Shown piece by piece: positions 10,341 through 20,529 of a stretch of DNA of 64,000 bases (within the stretch, counting starts at the first letter, position 1; each line of letters begins with the position of its first letter). Source of the stretch: Chloropicon primus. Lineage: Eukaryota. Below the pieces are notes generated by a model, which was given only the letters and a program-made list of their open reading frames with translations, did no database searches and had not been told where the DNA came from. The stretch covers positions 1,488,001-1,552,000 of the forward strand of contig CP060754.1 in NCBI GenBank assembly GCA_023205875.1, in the 5' to 3' direction. The position numbers and the translations under genes were made by a program.

Positions 10341-11660
10341 TCAGTTGCCGTGCTTGTGCACCATGACGTACTGGTACTCCCCCTCGTCCGCGTTCCAAAC
10401 GTAGTCGTAAGAGTACTCGGGCGCGGTGTCCAGTCCCTGGGTGGGATCGGAGGGCTCCTGGTAGCTTTGGGTGGTGGTGTTCCACTCGGCCATGATCTCC
10501 TGCCTGTGCGTGTAGGGGTTCCACACGTACACGGGCGGGCGGACGGGCGGGGGCGGCGGGGGCGGCGGGGCGGGGAAGGGGACCTCGAACTGTGGCGGGG
10601 GCTCCAGTGCAGCGCTCAGGACGTGGACCGTGACGTTGACCCTCTCGAGCACCACGTCGGCCTGGGCGATCTCCTTGGTGCAGGAGGACGAGTCGCACTC
10701 GCATCTCTGGCAGGACACCTCGCAGTACCCCGCAGGCCTGCCGGAGAGGGCGCCGCGGTCGTTCATCCACTCCTCGGAGCACTTGCCCCACTCCGCCTGC
10801 AGGTGGCACCCGTGATCCGTGCCCGGGGGCGCCTTGTCCGTGCAGTCCTCGTGCAGCCTGACCCTCCCGTCCTTGCCGAGGAAGAAGACCGCCTCGCCGC
10901 CCGTGGTCCTGTTGTCCCCCCTGAGCGTCGCGCCGGTCGCGAACCGATGCCTAGGCGGGGTTGAGGAGGGCGACGGCGTGGCGACCTCGGCCGCCTCGGC
11001 GGACGCGCCCATGTCGGCGGTCCTCAAGCCCTTGCCCTTGATGACGTGGTACCCGATCACGTCTCGCAGCCGCTCGGAGAGGGCCTCGCTCCTCAGGACC
11101 TCCCCAAGCTCGGCGGAAGGCCCAAACCTCGCCTTCAGCATGGCCTCCATCGCGTCGTCCGTCAGGGCGAGCACGGTGAACGGGCCGTCGCCCTTGGACA
11201 CCTCGTCCGCGACGGCCCAGGACGCGCAAGGCGCAGGGGGGCAGTAGAAGAGGTAGCACGCCGGCTGCGGCCCGAAGGCCGAGCACTTGCGCTTGGGCTC
11301 CTTGCCGTCCAGCGCCCTGGCGTACCCAAAGTGCCTCAGACTCCTCACGAAAAGGGAGAACCGGCCGGAACCCTCGAGGTAGGAAGTCAGGACGTCAGAC
11401 GCTCCAGGAGGATCCTCGAGGAGGACGACTTGCTGCTGCTGCTGATCCGGCGGAGGCGCGGCGGCATTGGCGTCACCCCCCTCGAGCCTGTTAACCTGCT
11501 CCAGCTGCCTCCTGGCCTCGCAAGGCAATGGCGAGAGCAGCAGGAGGAGGAGGAACAGAGAGGAGGCGAAGAGGAGGAGGGGGAGGAAGGTCGAGGGGCG
11601 CGAGACCCGGCACGACGGCTCTTTCTTCTCGTGCACTTGCATTGTCCTCGGCGGCGCCAT
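10341..11660 (-). CDS. Secreted fasciclin (FAS1) domain protein with an inserted Cys-rich module
   Basis: Hydrophobic signal; FAS1 motifs PFTVLALTDDAM, IGYHVI and VTVHVLSAAL; CxxQxxWGKCxxxWM...GYCEVSCxRC insert; Pro-rich tail. Confidence 0.8.
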   Translation of the reverse strand: MAPPRTMQVHEKKEPSCRVSRPSTFLPLLLFASSLFLLLLLLSPLPCEARRQLEQVNRLEGGDANAAAPPPDQQQQQVVLLEDPPGASDVLTSYLEGSGRFSLFVRSLRHFGYARALDGKEPKRKCSAFGPQPACYLFYCPPAPCASWAVADEVSKGDGPFTVLALTDDAMEAMLKARFGPSAELGEVLRSEALSERLRDVIGYHVIKGKGLRTADMGASAEAAEVATPSPSSTPPRHRFATGATLRGDNRTTGGEAVFFLGKDGRVRLHEDCTDKAPPGTDHGCHLQAEWGKCSEEWMNDRGALSGRPAGYCEVSCQRCECDSSSCTKEIAQADVVLERVNVTVHVLSAALEPPPQFEVPFPAPPPPPPPPVRPPVYVWNPYTHRQEIMAEWNTTTQSYQEPSDPTQGLDTAPEYSYDYVWNADEGEYQYVMVHKHGN

Positions 11661-11940
11661 TGCATGCGATCCAATTGGAGATGGATGAATCGGATGTCAA
11701 CCTGCAGGTCCGTCCCAGGAAAAACGTTACAGAGAAAAAGTAACGGCCGCTGAATTTTTGGGAAGAACCGATAACGAACGAAGAAAAAAGGGGAACGAAA
11801 CTGCTGGGATCATTCAATCATTCATTCATTCGCCTTTGGCAGCTCGGCGCCCGAGAGCATTGAACGCCAGACCGTCGCCTTGCCCACCACCCAATACACA
11901 CACGCACACACGCACGCAGTCACTTGTCGAACGATCGACA

Positions 11941-13566
11941 ATGTGGTCCCCTCGCCGTCGCACTGCGGTCCTCGTGCTGCTGGGCTCGGTCCTCCTCGCG
12001 TCGTCGTCGTGGTGCCCTCGGGCCTTGGCGACCAATGAGGCCGTCGCGAATGCGGTGGACGACCAGGCAAGTCTCCCGCCGTGGTTGAGGCACACCGCCG
12101 CCGACGACGTCGCCGAGGACGCCATCGGTGATGTCACGGCGAAGAACCAGACTGCTGGGGACGAGTCCACAGCAGTGTCCAGCAACAAGGACGCCAAGGT
12201 GGCGCTGACGAACATCGTCCTCCACCCGGACGCCCGCCAGGGCCAGAAGCGCCAGATCGGCGTGAAGAACCTGGGCTCGAGCCTCTCCGTCGACCTGACG
12301 GGGTGGAAGCTTGTGGCGAACCAGGACGACGCGAGCGCGTTCGTGTTCGGCGAGACGGGGGGCGACAAGTGCAAGTACGTCAAGAACGTGATCCCCGCCA
12401 AGGGGACCGTGGAGTACAAGACGAAGGGCGCGTCCCAGGTCCTTCCGTGCACGCTGAGCTTCGACATCAAGAGGGGGGACGACCTCCAGCTCTTCGACAG
12501 CGAGGGCGAGCTCAAGGCGAGCCTGAAGCTGGACTTCAGGGGGACCGGGGAGTACAAGCTCTCGCCCGAGGGGGGGGACTACTGGCTGGTGCCGTACGCC
12601 AAGGACAGGACCCTGATGGAGACCCTTGACAGGATGGGCCACTTCAAGCACTTTACGAAGATGCTTCGCCACTTCCAGTTCGACCGGGCCCTCGCCGGCC
12701 TCGGGAGGAAGAGGTGGCAGTCCTGCGGGGCGGTCGCGTACTACCCGTACTACGCCTGCACCACCGAGTACGACCAGGAGTACGAGATCTACTACAGGAA
12801 CGCCCCCTTCACCGTTCTCGCTCCGACGGACGAGGCCGTGGAGAAGATGCTCAAGGAGCTCGGGGGCGGGTACGCCCCAGCCCTGACCGTGGAGGAGTAC
12901 ATGGGCCTGGACGAGGGCAACATGGCCAAGGACATGCTCAAGTACCACGTCATCAAGGGCCACGAGCTCACGACGGGGTACAGGCAGCCGAACAGCACGC
13001 TGCCCTTCGTCCACTTGCCAACCAACAGGAACAACTCGGAGATCGTTGCGTTCGGGAACAAGGAGTTCCAGTCGCTCTGCGTTCACGAGGACTGCGTGGA
13101 GGCCCACACCCAGGACGAGTACGGGTGCAAGATGCAGGTCGAGTGGGACAAGTGCGGGGAGGACTGGATGAATGACGCCGGGCTCTTCTCCAAGAGGGAG
13201 CTGGGTTACTGCGAGATCAGCTGCGGCAAGTGCAAGAAGTCCCCTGAAACTTGCACGGACGTTCCGGTGACGGACATCAAGGCCAAGAACGGGGTCCTCC
13301 ACGTCCTGGACCGCGTCCTGGAGGTCCCAGACGTCTTCGAGGAGTACGTCCCGCCTCCCCCAGAGCCGGAGCCGGAGCCGGAGCCAGCGAGCATCCTGAA
13401 CCGATTCCCTACCTTTGGCGACCTCGGCCTGACGGACGAGCAGGACAACACGGAGGAGACCATCGAGGACCTCATCGAGCTGTACCTGTCGAGCAGGAGG
13501 GCGAGGCGCACCAGGCAGGCCGAGGAGCGCCGCGGCGGCGTGGTTCTGGACGGCCTCGGAAGATAA
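11941..13566 (+). CDS. Secreted lamin-tail-like + fasciclin (FAS1) protein with an inserted Cys-rich module
   Basis: Signal peptide; IGVKNLGSSLSVDLTGWKL (LTD-like); PFTVLAPTDEA, LKYHVI and DIKAKNGVLHVLDRVL (FAS1); same Cys module as its neighbour. Confidence 0.8.
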   Translation: MWSPRRRTAVLVLLGSVLLASSSWCPRALATNEAVANAVDDQASLPPWLRHTAADDVAEDAIGDVTAKNQTAGDESTAVSSNKDAKVALTNIVLHPDARQGQKRQIGVKNLGSSLSVDLTGWKLVANQDDASAFVFGETGGDKCKYVKNVIPAKGTVEYKTKGASQVLPCTLSFDIKRGDDLQLFDSEGELKASLKLDFRGTGEYKLSPEGGDYWLVPYAKDRTLMETLDRMGHFKHFTKMLRHFQFDRALAGLGRKRWQSCGAVAYYPYYACTTEYDQEYEIYYRNAPFTVLAPTDEAVEKMLKELGGGYAPALTVEEYMGLDEGNMAKDMLKYHVIKGHELTTGYRQPNSTLPFVHLPTNRNNSEIVAFGNKEFQSLCVHEDCVEAHTQDEYGCKMQVEWDKCGEDWMNDAGLFSKRELGYCEISCGKCKKSPETCTDVPVTDIKAKNGVLHVLDRVLEVPDVFEEYVPPPPEPEPEPEPASILNRFPTFGDLGLTDEQDNTEETIEDLIELYLSSRRARRTRQAEERRGGVVLDGLGR

Positions 13567-13743
13567 TGAAACGAAATTTATCAGTTACTTTTCATCCAAA
13601 TTTATCAAGAACCTTTTTTTTGTTCTCGCAACGTGCGTAACGTCCCACGACTGCTGCTGCTGCTGCGGGGTTGTTAATGGAAAACCAAAAAGTAAGATGT
13701 CATTTTTTTGGGACATTAAAGCTACACTTATGTTTTTTCTTTT

Positions 13744-16446
13744 TCACGACTCGTCTCCGGCGACGTCAGCCTCGGCGAGGGGCTCGAAGCCTTCTCTCAT
13801 GTCGCTGAAACCGGCGTGTGGCCTGCTGGTGCCCCCCGGCATCAAGTTGGCGACCTTGTCGTAGGTCGTGTTCAGGGTACCCAGGACCTGCTTCTTGACC
13901 GACTCGTCCAGCACCTTGGTCCACACGAATCCTCCCGCCGCGCAGATGACGCCCATGACGATCATGAAGACGAAGAAACTCGCCACGCCGCTCATGCCCC
14001 CGCCCGATCCCTTCTTCTCCAGGGAGTGCCCGTTGCCGTCGGTGTCCCAAGGGAGCTTGGGATGCCAGCCCTTTGGGTGGTGCCCTCCGGGAGTGATGTG
14101 ATTCCGCTCGCAGGTGTCTCCCCTGATCTCCCGAAGGCCTGTCGCAGAAGGCACGTACTTGTGCTCGTCGATGATCCAGCAGGTTCCCTCGCGACGCTTG
14201 GGGACCTTGACGCAAGAGTTGAACTTCGAGTCAAGCTTGTAGCCGAACTCGCACTCGTAGTCGGCCCTGGTGCAGTCACACTTCTTCTGGAAGGGGCTGC
14301 TGTGCTTGTAGTCCTTGCCATTGAAGCAAAAGGAGTCCAGCTTCCTCCTCTTGTACATGTAGTGGCCACCGAGCTGGCAGCCTGGGGTGAAGGAGATGTC
14401 CTCGAACTCGCTGTCGTCGCACACCCTAAAGTCTTTCAGCAGCTTCATGAAGTCGATGTTGATCAGAGTCCCGTGAGGCTCCTCCATGACCTTCCCGTTG
14501 CACTTGGACGCCAGACCCGCGGTGGCGTTGTTCTTGATGCACTCGGTTCCCTGCAGGGAGAAGATGTGGCTCGCGCTCGCCATCTCCACCCTGATGTTGG
14601 CCACGCTCATCGCCTGGTCGAGCTTGACGGGGCCCTGCCAGCACTGGCCCTCGTCCACGGAGAAGAAGAACTGGTCGGTGATCCCCACGGACTGGTGCTT
14701 GGCCGCAACGATCAGGCCGCCGTGGTCCCCGATCTCGTAGATGTTGGGGCCCTGAAGGACCTGCTCCCAGTTGTGCCCACCGTCACGGCTCATGTACGTG
14801 CAGAGCGCGGAGGGGTTGGTGTTGAAGTCCCTTCCAACGTTACCGACGGCCATGATCACGCCAGGGGCGTTCTCGTGGCTGTACAGCGGCGGGATGGCAT
14901 CGGCACCGGTGTGCCAAAGCCCCTCCACGTGGAGGTGCAAGTTGCAGTCTTTGCTGCCGGGGACGCACCTCCTGCAAGAGACGTCGGCGTACTTTGTTGG
15001 TGCGGGGATCGGGGCCCAGGTGGCTCCCCCGTCGTAGGTGATCCTAGTCTTCACATCGTCGTAGGTCGGGGTGCTGGAGTCGAACTTGTGGGTGTCCAAG
15101 ACGTTCGCGATGAAAGTCCCTGGCACGCCCTCCATCTTGAGCAGCTCGCAGCTGAAATCGTCGCAGAAGATGTTCTTCAAGCTCAGGGTCATCAGGCTGA
15201 CCTCGTTGCCGGCGGTGTACGCGTAGGCCACTCTCGTGGACTGGCCGTGCTTGCTTATGTCATGAATGGCGGTCACAATAGCCCCGTTGGAGTCCCCCTC
15301 GGAGATGGCGAAGTGGTGACTGTCCAAGGCCACGGGGAGGCAGACCTCCTTGAAGGTCTTTCCGTGGTCCTCGCTCACGTAGAGGTGGGCGTGATCGTCA
15401 TCCGTCGCGAGCTCGTGGCTCCGCTTGTTGCCGTGCTGAGTCTTCCCGTGGTAGTCCTTGAGGGAGCAGGACGCCGGGGCAACGAGGTACACCAGGCCGC
15501 CTATCTTCTTCATGATGTTCCCGCAGGAAAAGATCTTCTCGTGCTTGGAACCAAACCAGTCGTCCGACCTCACGAAGTGGATGTTCTTGTCGTAGTTGGC
15601 CTCCCACTTGTCGAGACCCCTGATCTTGTCCAAATCCTCGTACACGGACGCCAAGATCGTCTTGTCGATGTAGCCAGACATGATCCCGTCGTCCACGTCG
15701 ACGCCCCAGTTCGCTTCCCAGAAGCCAGCGATCCTCTTCTGGGAGTTGTTCGTCACGTTTCCCCAAGACTCGCCAAAGTCAAACGAGACGTACAAGTCCT
15801 TGACGCAGGAAGGGTCATCCGGGCCGTACAAGCAAGTCTCCCTCGGCACGAGGCTCATGAGATAGTCCTTGTTCTTGGGGTTCGGCTTGTACGCCCCCAT
15901 GAAGTTGAAGAAGCCGGCTGGAGCCTTGTAGGCCTTCACGGTCGCACCGTAGTCCCTCGAGATCCAGTTGTACGGGCCCAAGCCCTGGAAGAACACGTAG
16001 GCCGGGTTTGCAGGAGACACGAACATGTCCACCAGGCCATAAAAGTGCGTGGAGTTTTGGGGGGCCACCTGCATGAGAGCGTTCTGAAAGTCCACACTCA
16101 GGTCGCTCCAGGTTCCAGTGGCGCCGTAGCTGTTGGACCGCCACACCACGCTCCCCATGGTCGATATTCTTGGCATGGTCTGGCCCAGGACGATCTTATC
16201 GTCCGCCCCAATGAAGAGGGTCTTCAGAATGGGTCCGGAGACCGAGTCCACCGCCACAGTCGTCTGCGTCGTGTCGTGGGGTTGGCACTGGCCGTACTGT
16301 CCAGCAACTCCCCCGAGGAGGCCGTTCTCCCTGGCGCTTTGCTCCATATCATCGCAGGCCTCGCCCGGGGCGCACTTGGCATCCGACATGGCGACGGAGC
16401 AAAGGACAAGCCCCAAGACCACCCACCCGACCGCACTCTTCCTCAT
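13744..16446 (-). CDS. VPS10/sortilin-family sorting receptor
   Basis: Signal peptide; multiple BNR/Asp-box repeats (SRDYGAT, SFDFGESW, SEDHGKTF, TYDGGATW, SRDGGHNW); 10CC region CDCTRADYECEFGY; one TM helix and a short cytosolic tail. The start could instead be 16467. Confidence 0.9.
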   Translation of the reverse strand: MRKSAVGWVVLGLVLCSVAMSDAKCAPGEACDDMEQSARENGLLGGVAGQYGQCQPHDTTQTTVAVDSVSGPILKTLFIGADDKIVLGQTMPRISTMGSVVWRSNSYGATGTWSDLSVDFQNALMQVAPQNSTHFYGLVDMFVSPANPAYVFFQGLGPYNWISRDYGATVKAYKAPAGFFNFMGAYKPNPKNKDYLMSLVPRETCLYGPDDPSCVKDLYVSFDFGESWGNVTNNSQKRIAGFWEANWGVDVDDGIMSGYIDKTILASVYEDLDKIRGLDKWEANYDKNIHFVRSDDWFGSKHEKIFSCGNIMKKIGGLVYLVAPASCSLKDYHGKTQHGNKRSHELATDDDHAHLYVSEDHGKTFKEVCLPVALDSHHFAISEGDSNGAIVTAIHDISKHGQSTRVAYAYTAGNEVSLMTLSLKNIFCDDFSCELLKMEGVPGTFIANVLDTHKFDSSTPTYDDVKTRITYDGGATWAPIPAPTKYADVSCRRCVPGSKDCNLHLHVEGLWHTGADAIPPLYSHENAPGVIMAVGNVGRDFNTNPSALCTYMSRDGGHNWEQVLQGPNIYEIGDHGGLIVAAKHQSVGITDQFFFSVDEGQCWQGPVKLDQAMSVANIRVEMASASHIFSLQGTECIKNNATAGLASKCNGKVMEEPHGTLINIDFMKLLKDFRVCDDSEFEDISFTPGCQLGGHYMYKRRKLDSFCFNGKDYKHSSPFQKKCDCTRADYECEFGYKLDSKFNSCVKVPKRREGTCWIIDEHKYVPSATGLREIRGDTCERNHITPGGHHPKGWHPKLPWDTDGNGHSLEKKGSGGGMSGVASFFVFMIVMGVICAAGGFVWTKVLDESVKKQVLGTLNTTYDKVANLMPGGTSRPHAGFSDMREGFEPLAEADVAGDES

Positions 16447-17423
16447 CCTTGTAGTGTACACGCACATACTCACTTCCCTTCCGCGTCCCGACGCAGGTCG
16501 TCGCGGCGCAACTCGTCCAAGAAGAAAGTGTGTGTCGTGTGCGACCTCTGGGCGGAGAAGACAGAAAGACTCCTCCCAAGAAAGACTTCCCTCTTGCTGC
16601 CTCCAAGGTCCCCCTGTGTCTCGGTCCTTCGCGGCAACCAAGAGACACGTATTGCCTTGGCCTTGGCCTTGGCCTTGTCTCCCCTCTTAGAATCCTCTTC
16701 ATAGAAGAGGGAGAGAAGAGACAGAGAGAAGAGAGACAGAGAGAAGAGAGAAGAGACAGAAGAGAGACAGAGAGAAGAGAAGGGGAAGGGGAAGTCTTCT
16801 TCTTCTTATGGTAGAGGGGTTGCCCTGAGTGACGTTCACTCAAGCTTGGCAAACATTAGCTTGGGTGAATCTTGGCAACAGAAAGGTCTGGGGGTTCCTA
16901 GGGCACAAGAATGAATGAGAGAATGAATGAGAGACCAAGGAAGGGCTGTAGCAGATCTTGGAAGCAAAAGGTTCCGTCTTGGCAACTCACAACCGTCTCC
17001 GAAGAAGAAGACGTCGAGACCGATGCCATCCATTATTTTAAGGATTATTATATCCAAAATTGGATGATCATAATGAGAAAGAGAAGTAAGTTGGAGGAGA
17101 GACCAGGAGACTTCGTTCAAAATCAAAAAAGAACAGAACAGAAGACACCGGACGGCTTGGCGCCAGAGGAGTGAGCTTGAGGAGCTCGGTCCCTTGCCTT
17201 TCCTCGTCGCCCAGTTCTTGGTCTTTGATCGAGACCGAGGAGCTTGAGTACCGCAGTGCCTTGGTCTCAGCCTTGGCCTTTTTGAGTCCCAAGGGAGGAG
17301 GAGAGGAGACGGAGACGCTTCTGTGTGTGTGTGTGTGTGTGTGCTTTGCCAGGAGACCGGGCAGAGAGAGGGAGCCTACTACGCAGGAGTGGAGGTGCGG
17401 AAGCCAAGTGTTGTGCGGAAGGC

Positions 17424-20237
17424 ATGAAGGGGGATTGGTTTGCTTCGGATACGGACGAGGGGGGGGAGTCCTCCCAAGTGAGGCTGCAGAGGCACGAGGA
17501 GGTGGAGGTGGTTGACTACGGGTTTGGGCACTCGGACAGCGAGAGCGAGAGCAAGACGGAGAGGCTGAAGGAGCTCCTGAGGGATGACTCGTCCAAAGAT
17601 TTGAATCTTGGGAGCAGCAGGGGAGGAGGCTTGCCGAACGTCGACTTGGGGGTTTACTCCTCCAGGTCTCCTGCCAAGGCAGGGGAGGTGAAGGGGCGGC
17701 CAAGGGTGGGGCGTCGTGCTGCGGGGAGGGTCACCAGGTCAGAACCTGTGGAGCAAGACCACTTGAAGCAGGAGCAGCAGGAGAAGCAGGTGGCGCAGCA
17801 GGAGAAGCAGGTGGTCAGGGCCAAAAAAGGTTCTCCGGCGGGAGTGGGTGCGGGCTTCGTGACCAACTCCCTTTACGTGTCCCCGAACAAGGATAACAAT
17901 ATGCCTTCGCCCAAGCAGGAGAGGTCTGCGAGCTCCGTCACGGGTGAGTGGTCGCTCGACATGGACCAGATGCTTCCGGACAACAACATGCCGAAGCCGA
18001 AGGTGGGCAGGCGCCAGGGCCAGAAAGAACAGGCGGAGGGAGAGGCCGAGGCGACTTCCAAGGCCGTCACGTTCGAGAAGAGGTCTCCCAAGCAGGAGAA
18101 GCTCCCGTCCCTCAAGCCGTCTTCGCCAAAGATGACCATGTCCGCGGGGTACCAGCCTTCCTTCATGACTCGAGCGATAGAGATAGAGGACAGCAGGTCC
18201 GGCATCGAGGTTTCGGAAAGCATTGGTTTTGAGTACAGCGAGGACTTCGAGTCCTCTAGGAGCTCTCTGTCGCCGGCTAGAGTCCCGGACACGTCCGACG
18301 ATGCGATGTCGAGGCGGACCAAGCTGCCGAACACGGACGTGGCCGAATCCAGACGGCAAGAGCCCAGCGCGCCGTCCGAGGAGGTGAAGACTTTGCAGAA
18401 GAAGTACCCATCCTTGAGCCCCAAGGGGAAGGGCAAGACGGCGACCTCTCCCCCCGAGGCGACCAGCGTGGTGACGCCCAAGAAGACGAAGAAGAAGGCA
18501 AGCCCGAGCAAGGCCAAGAAGACGAGCCAGGCTGCGGACAAGACCGACGCCTCGAGCAGCGAAAGCAGGCTGGCGTCCCTGAAAACCAAGTTGGAGGCTA
18601 TGAAGTCGCAGAGCAACGAGTACCAGAAAGAGAAGGAGGCGGCCATGAAGACCAACCTTCAGGCTAAGGCTCAGAACAGAACCCTTGAGAAGGAGGTGGA
18701 GGATCTGAAAGCTTCGCTCGCGACAGCGCAGGAGGAGAACAAAAAGTTGAAGAGCGCGTACGAGCAGAAGAGCCAGGTGGAGAAGGACTCGATCTTGCAC
18801 GCCCAGGAGCTTGAAGAGAAGGTGATCTCCCTGAACGAGGAACTGCGGGAAAAGGACGACATTGCGAAGAGCATAACCAGCTTTGACGGAATTCAGAGTG
18901 CGAGGATGCTGCTCACGGTGAAGGACGAGAGGCCAGATACCTTCGACGACTTCCACCCCGTGATCAACGAGTTTCTGGAAGAAATCAGGTCGACCCTGAC
19001 GGACGAGAGGTCAAACCTCAGGAAGGAGCAGGAGAGGATCGACAAGCTTATGAGTTCCGTGAATCTGGACAAGCAGTCGAACAGCAAACAGATCAGCGTC
19101 ATTCAGGACAGGCAGAAAGAGGTCGAGAAGATGCAGCTCGCTCTGAGGGAGGAGAAATTGAAGATGGAGACTGAGATTGCGAGCGAGAGGGGCAAGATAA
19201 GGGACCAGATCGAGTCGGAGAGGAAGACGCTGAGGAAGCAGATCCAGTCCGAGCGTGACAAGTTCACGGACGAGATAAACTCTGGTCGCAAGAAGATGGA
19301 ATACGACAAGGAGTCCCTCCAAAGAAGCATCCGCCAGCTGAAGAGCGAAGAGGAGCTTCTCAAGGTGAAGATCCAGAGACTTGACGACGAATTCAATGTG
19401 CAGAGACAGAAGGTGGATGAGCAGACTGAGGTGGTCGAGCAGCTGCGTGCGAGCGTGCAGACAGAGAAGCAAGAGCTCGAAAGGAGCAAGCAAGAGCATG
19501 CTGCCGACAAGACAAAAGTCGACAAGGACCTGGCTCACATACAAAGGTTGAAGGAAGATGTCGAAAGGCAAATAAGGTCCGTGACGGAGGACAAAATCCT
19601 TGTCAACTCCGAGAGGCAGATATTGACAAAGCTTTCATCTGAGATCAATGACAAGGAGGCTCAGTTGGCTCGAAAGAAGGAGGAGCTCCGGGCCACCAAG
19701 GAGAGCGTCGAGAAGAACATGGAAAAGCTGGCTACCGAGAGAGTTGAGCTCGCCTACCAGCTCAAGCTCCTGACAGACGAGAGGCTGAAATCGTCCGCGG
19801 CCGCAAAGGAGGCCCGGGAGGCCGAAGTGCAGCTCAGAGCAAGGATGATGAAACAGCCTGGCCAGAGGAAGACGAGAAGCAGGGGGACTCAGCAGTGGGT
19901 GAGAGTCAACACTTCAGATGCCGGTGACCGGGGGCTCTCCTACGGGCTCAGGATGCAGCTCCTCATGGCAGAGCTCGAGAGGGAAAGGCAAACGATATCC
20001 CACGACAAGAAACGGAATGCTTTGCTCTTGGAGGCACAGGAGAAGTTTGTCTACGAAGCGAAGACCGAGCTGATGAGAGCCCACACCGTGTCTGACAAAG
20101 GAGTCTGGGCGGTGAAAACGGAAGCGCTCAAGACACCGAGACAAGAGATGGACCAGAGCTCTGAGTCAAGGCTGGATGCAAACGCATCATTCACCGCCTT
20201 CACGGATTTGACCCAGCTCACCACTGATGACGAGTAA
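17424..20237 (+). CDS. Large coiled-coil protein with a low-complexity N-terminal half (weak architectural resemblance to basal-body FBF1)
   Basis: Long single-exon ORF with coding bias and an E/K/Q-rich heptad C-terminal half. The family assignment is speculative. Confidence 0.65.
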   Translation: MKGDWFASDTDEGGESSQVRLQRHEEVEVVDYGFGHSDSESESKTERLKELLRDDSSKDLNLGSSRGGGLPNVDLGVYSSRSPAKAGEVKGRPRVGRRAAGRVTRSEPVEQDHLKQEQQEKQVAQQEKQVVRAKKGSPAGVGAGFVTNSLYVSPNKDNNMPSPKQERSASSVTGEWSLDMDQMLPDNNMPKPKVGRRQGQKEQAEGEAEATSKAVTFEKRSPKQEKLPSLKPSSPKMTMSAGYQPSFMTRAIEIEDSRSGIEVSESIGFEYSEDFESSRSSLSPARVPDTSDDAMSRRTKLPNTDVAESRRQEPSAPSEEVKTLQKKYPSLSPKGKGKTATSPPEATSVVTPKKTKKKASPSKAKKTSQAADKTDASSSESRLASLKTKLEAMKSQSNEYQKEKEAAMKTNLQAKAQNRTLEKEVEDLKASLATAQEENKKLKSAYEQKSQVEKDSILHAQELEEKVISLNEELREKDDIAKSITSFDGIQSARMLLTVKDERPDTFDDFHPVINEFLEEIRSTLTDERSNLRKEQERIDKLMSSVNLDKQSNSKQISVIQDRQKEVEKMQLALREEKLKMETEIASERGKIRDQIESERKTLRKQIQSERDKFTDEINSGRKKMEYDKESLQRSIRQLKSEEELLKVKIQRLDDEFNVQRQKVDEQTEVVEQLRASVQTEKQELERSKQEHAADKTKVDKDLAHIQRLKEDVERQIRSVTEDKILVNSERQILTKLSSEINDKEAQLARKKEELRATKESVEKNMEKLATERVELAYQLKLLTDERLKSSAAAKEAREAEVQLRARMMKQPGQRKTRSRGTQQWVRVNTSDAGDRGLSYGLRMQLLMAELERERQTISHDKKRNALLLEAQEKFVYEAKTELMRAHTVSDKGVWAVKTEALKTPRQEMDQSSESRLDANASFTAFTDLTQLTTDDE

Positions 20238-20529
20238 GAGCGCGAGCGGAGAACCAGTGCTGTATTCTACATCATCAAGTTAGGGATCACAACCAAACCG
20301 CTTGGAAAATAAATGGGCGCGGATTCGGGCCAGGACCCTTGCAGTGAATGCCACTGGGCTTGCGGTAAAATCATGAATTCCCACAGCGTCACAGCCCACC
20401 GCTTTAGGATCTTTAGGGCGTTTGCTATGCTACGGGCCTCGCTCCGTGGACTTTGTAATATTAGGAATGTGCGTTAGAAGCCAATCGGGAAAATCGTTGG
20501 GTGCGGGACAGATTGAATCAGTGGAAGAC

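Noticed and set aside
13816..16704. 962-aa plus-strand ORF
   Set aside because: Antisense shadow of the VPS10 gene.
16911..17174. 87-aa ORF upstream of the coiled-coil gene, as a possible uORF or gene
   Set aside because: AT-rich, unlike local coding bias, with no recognisable motif or convincing splice link.
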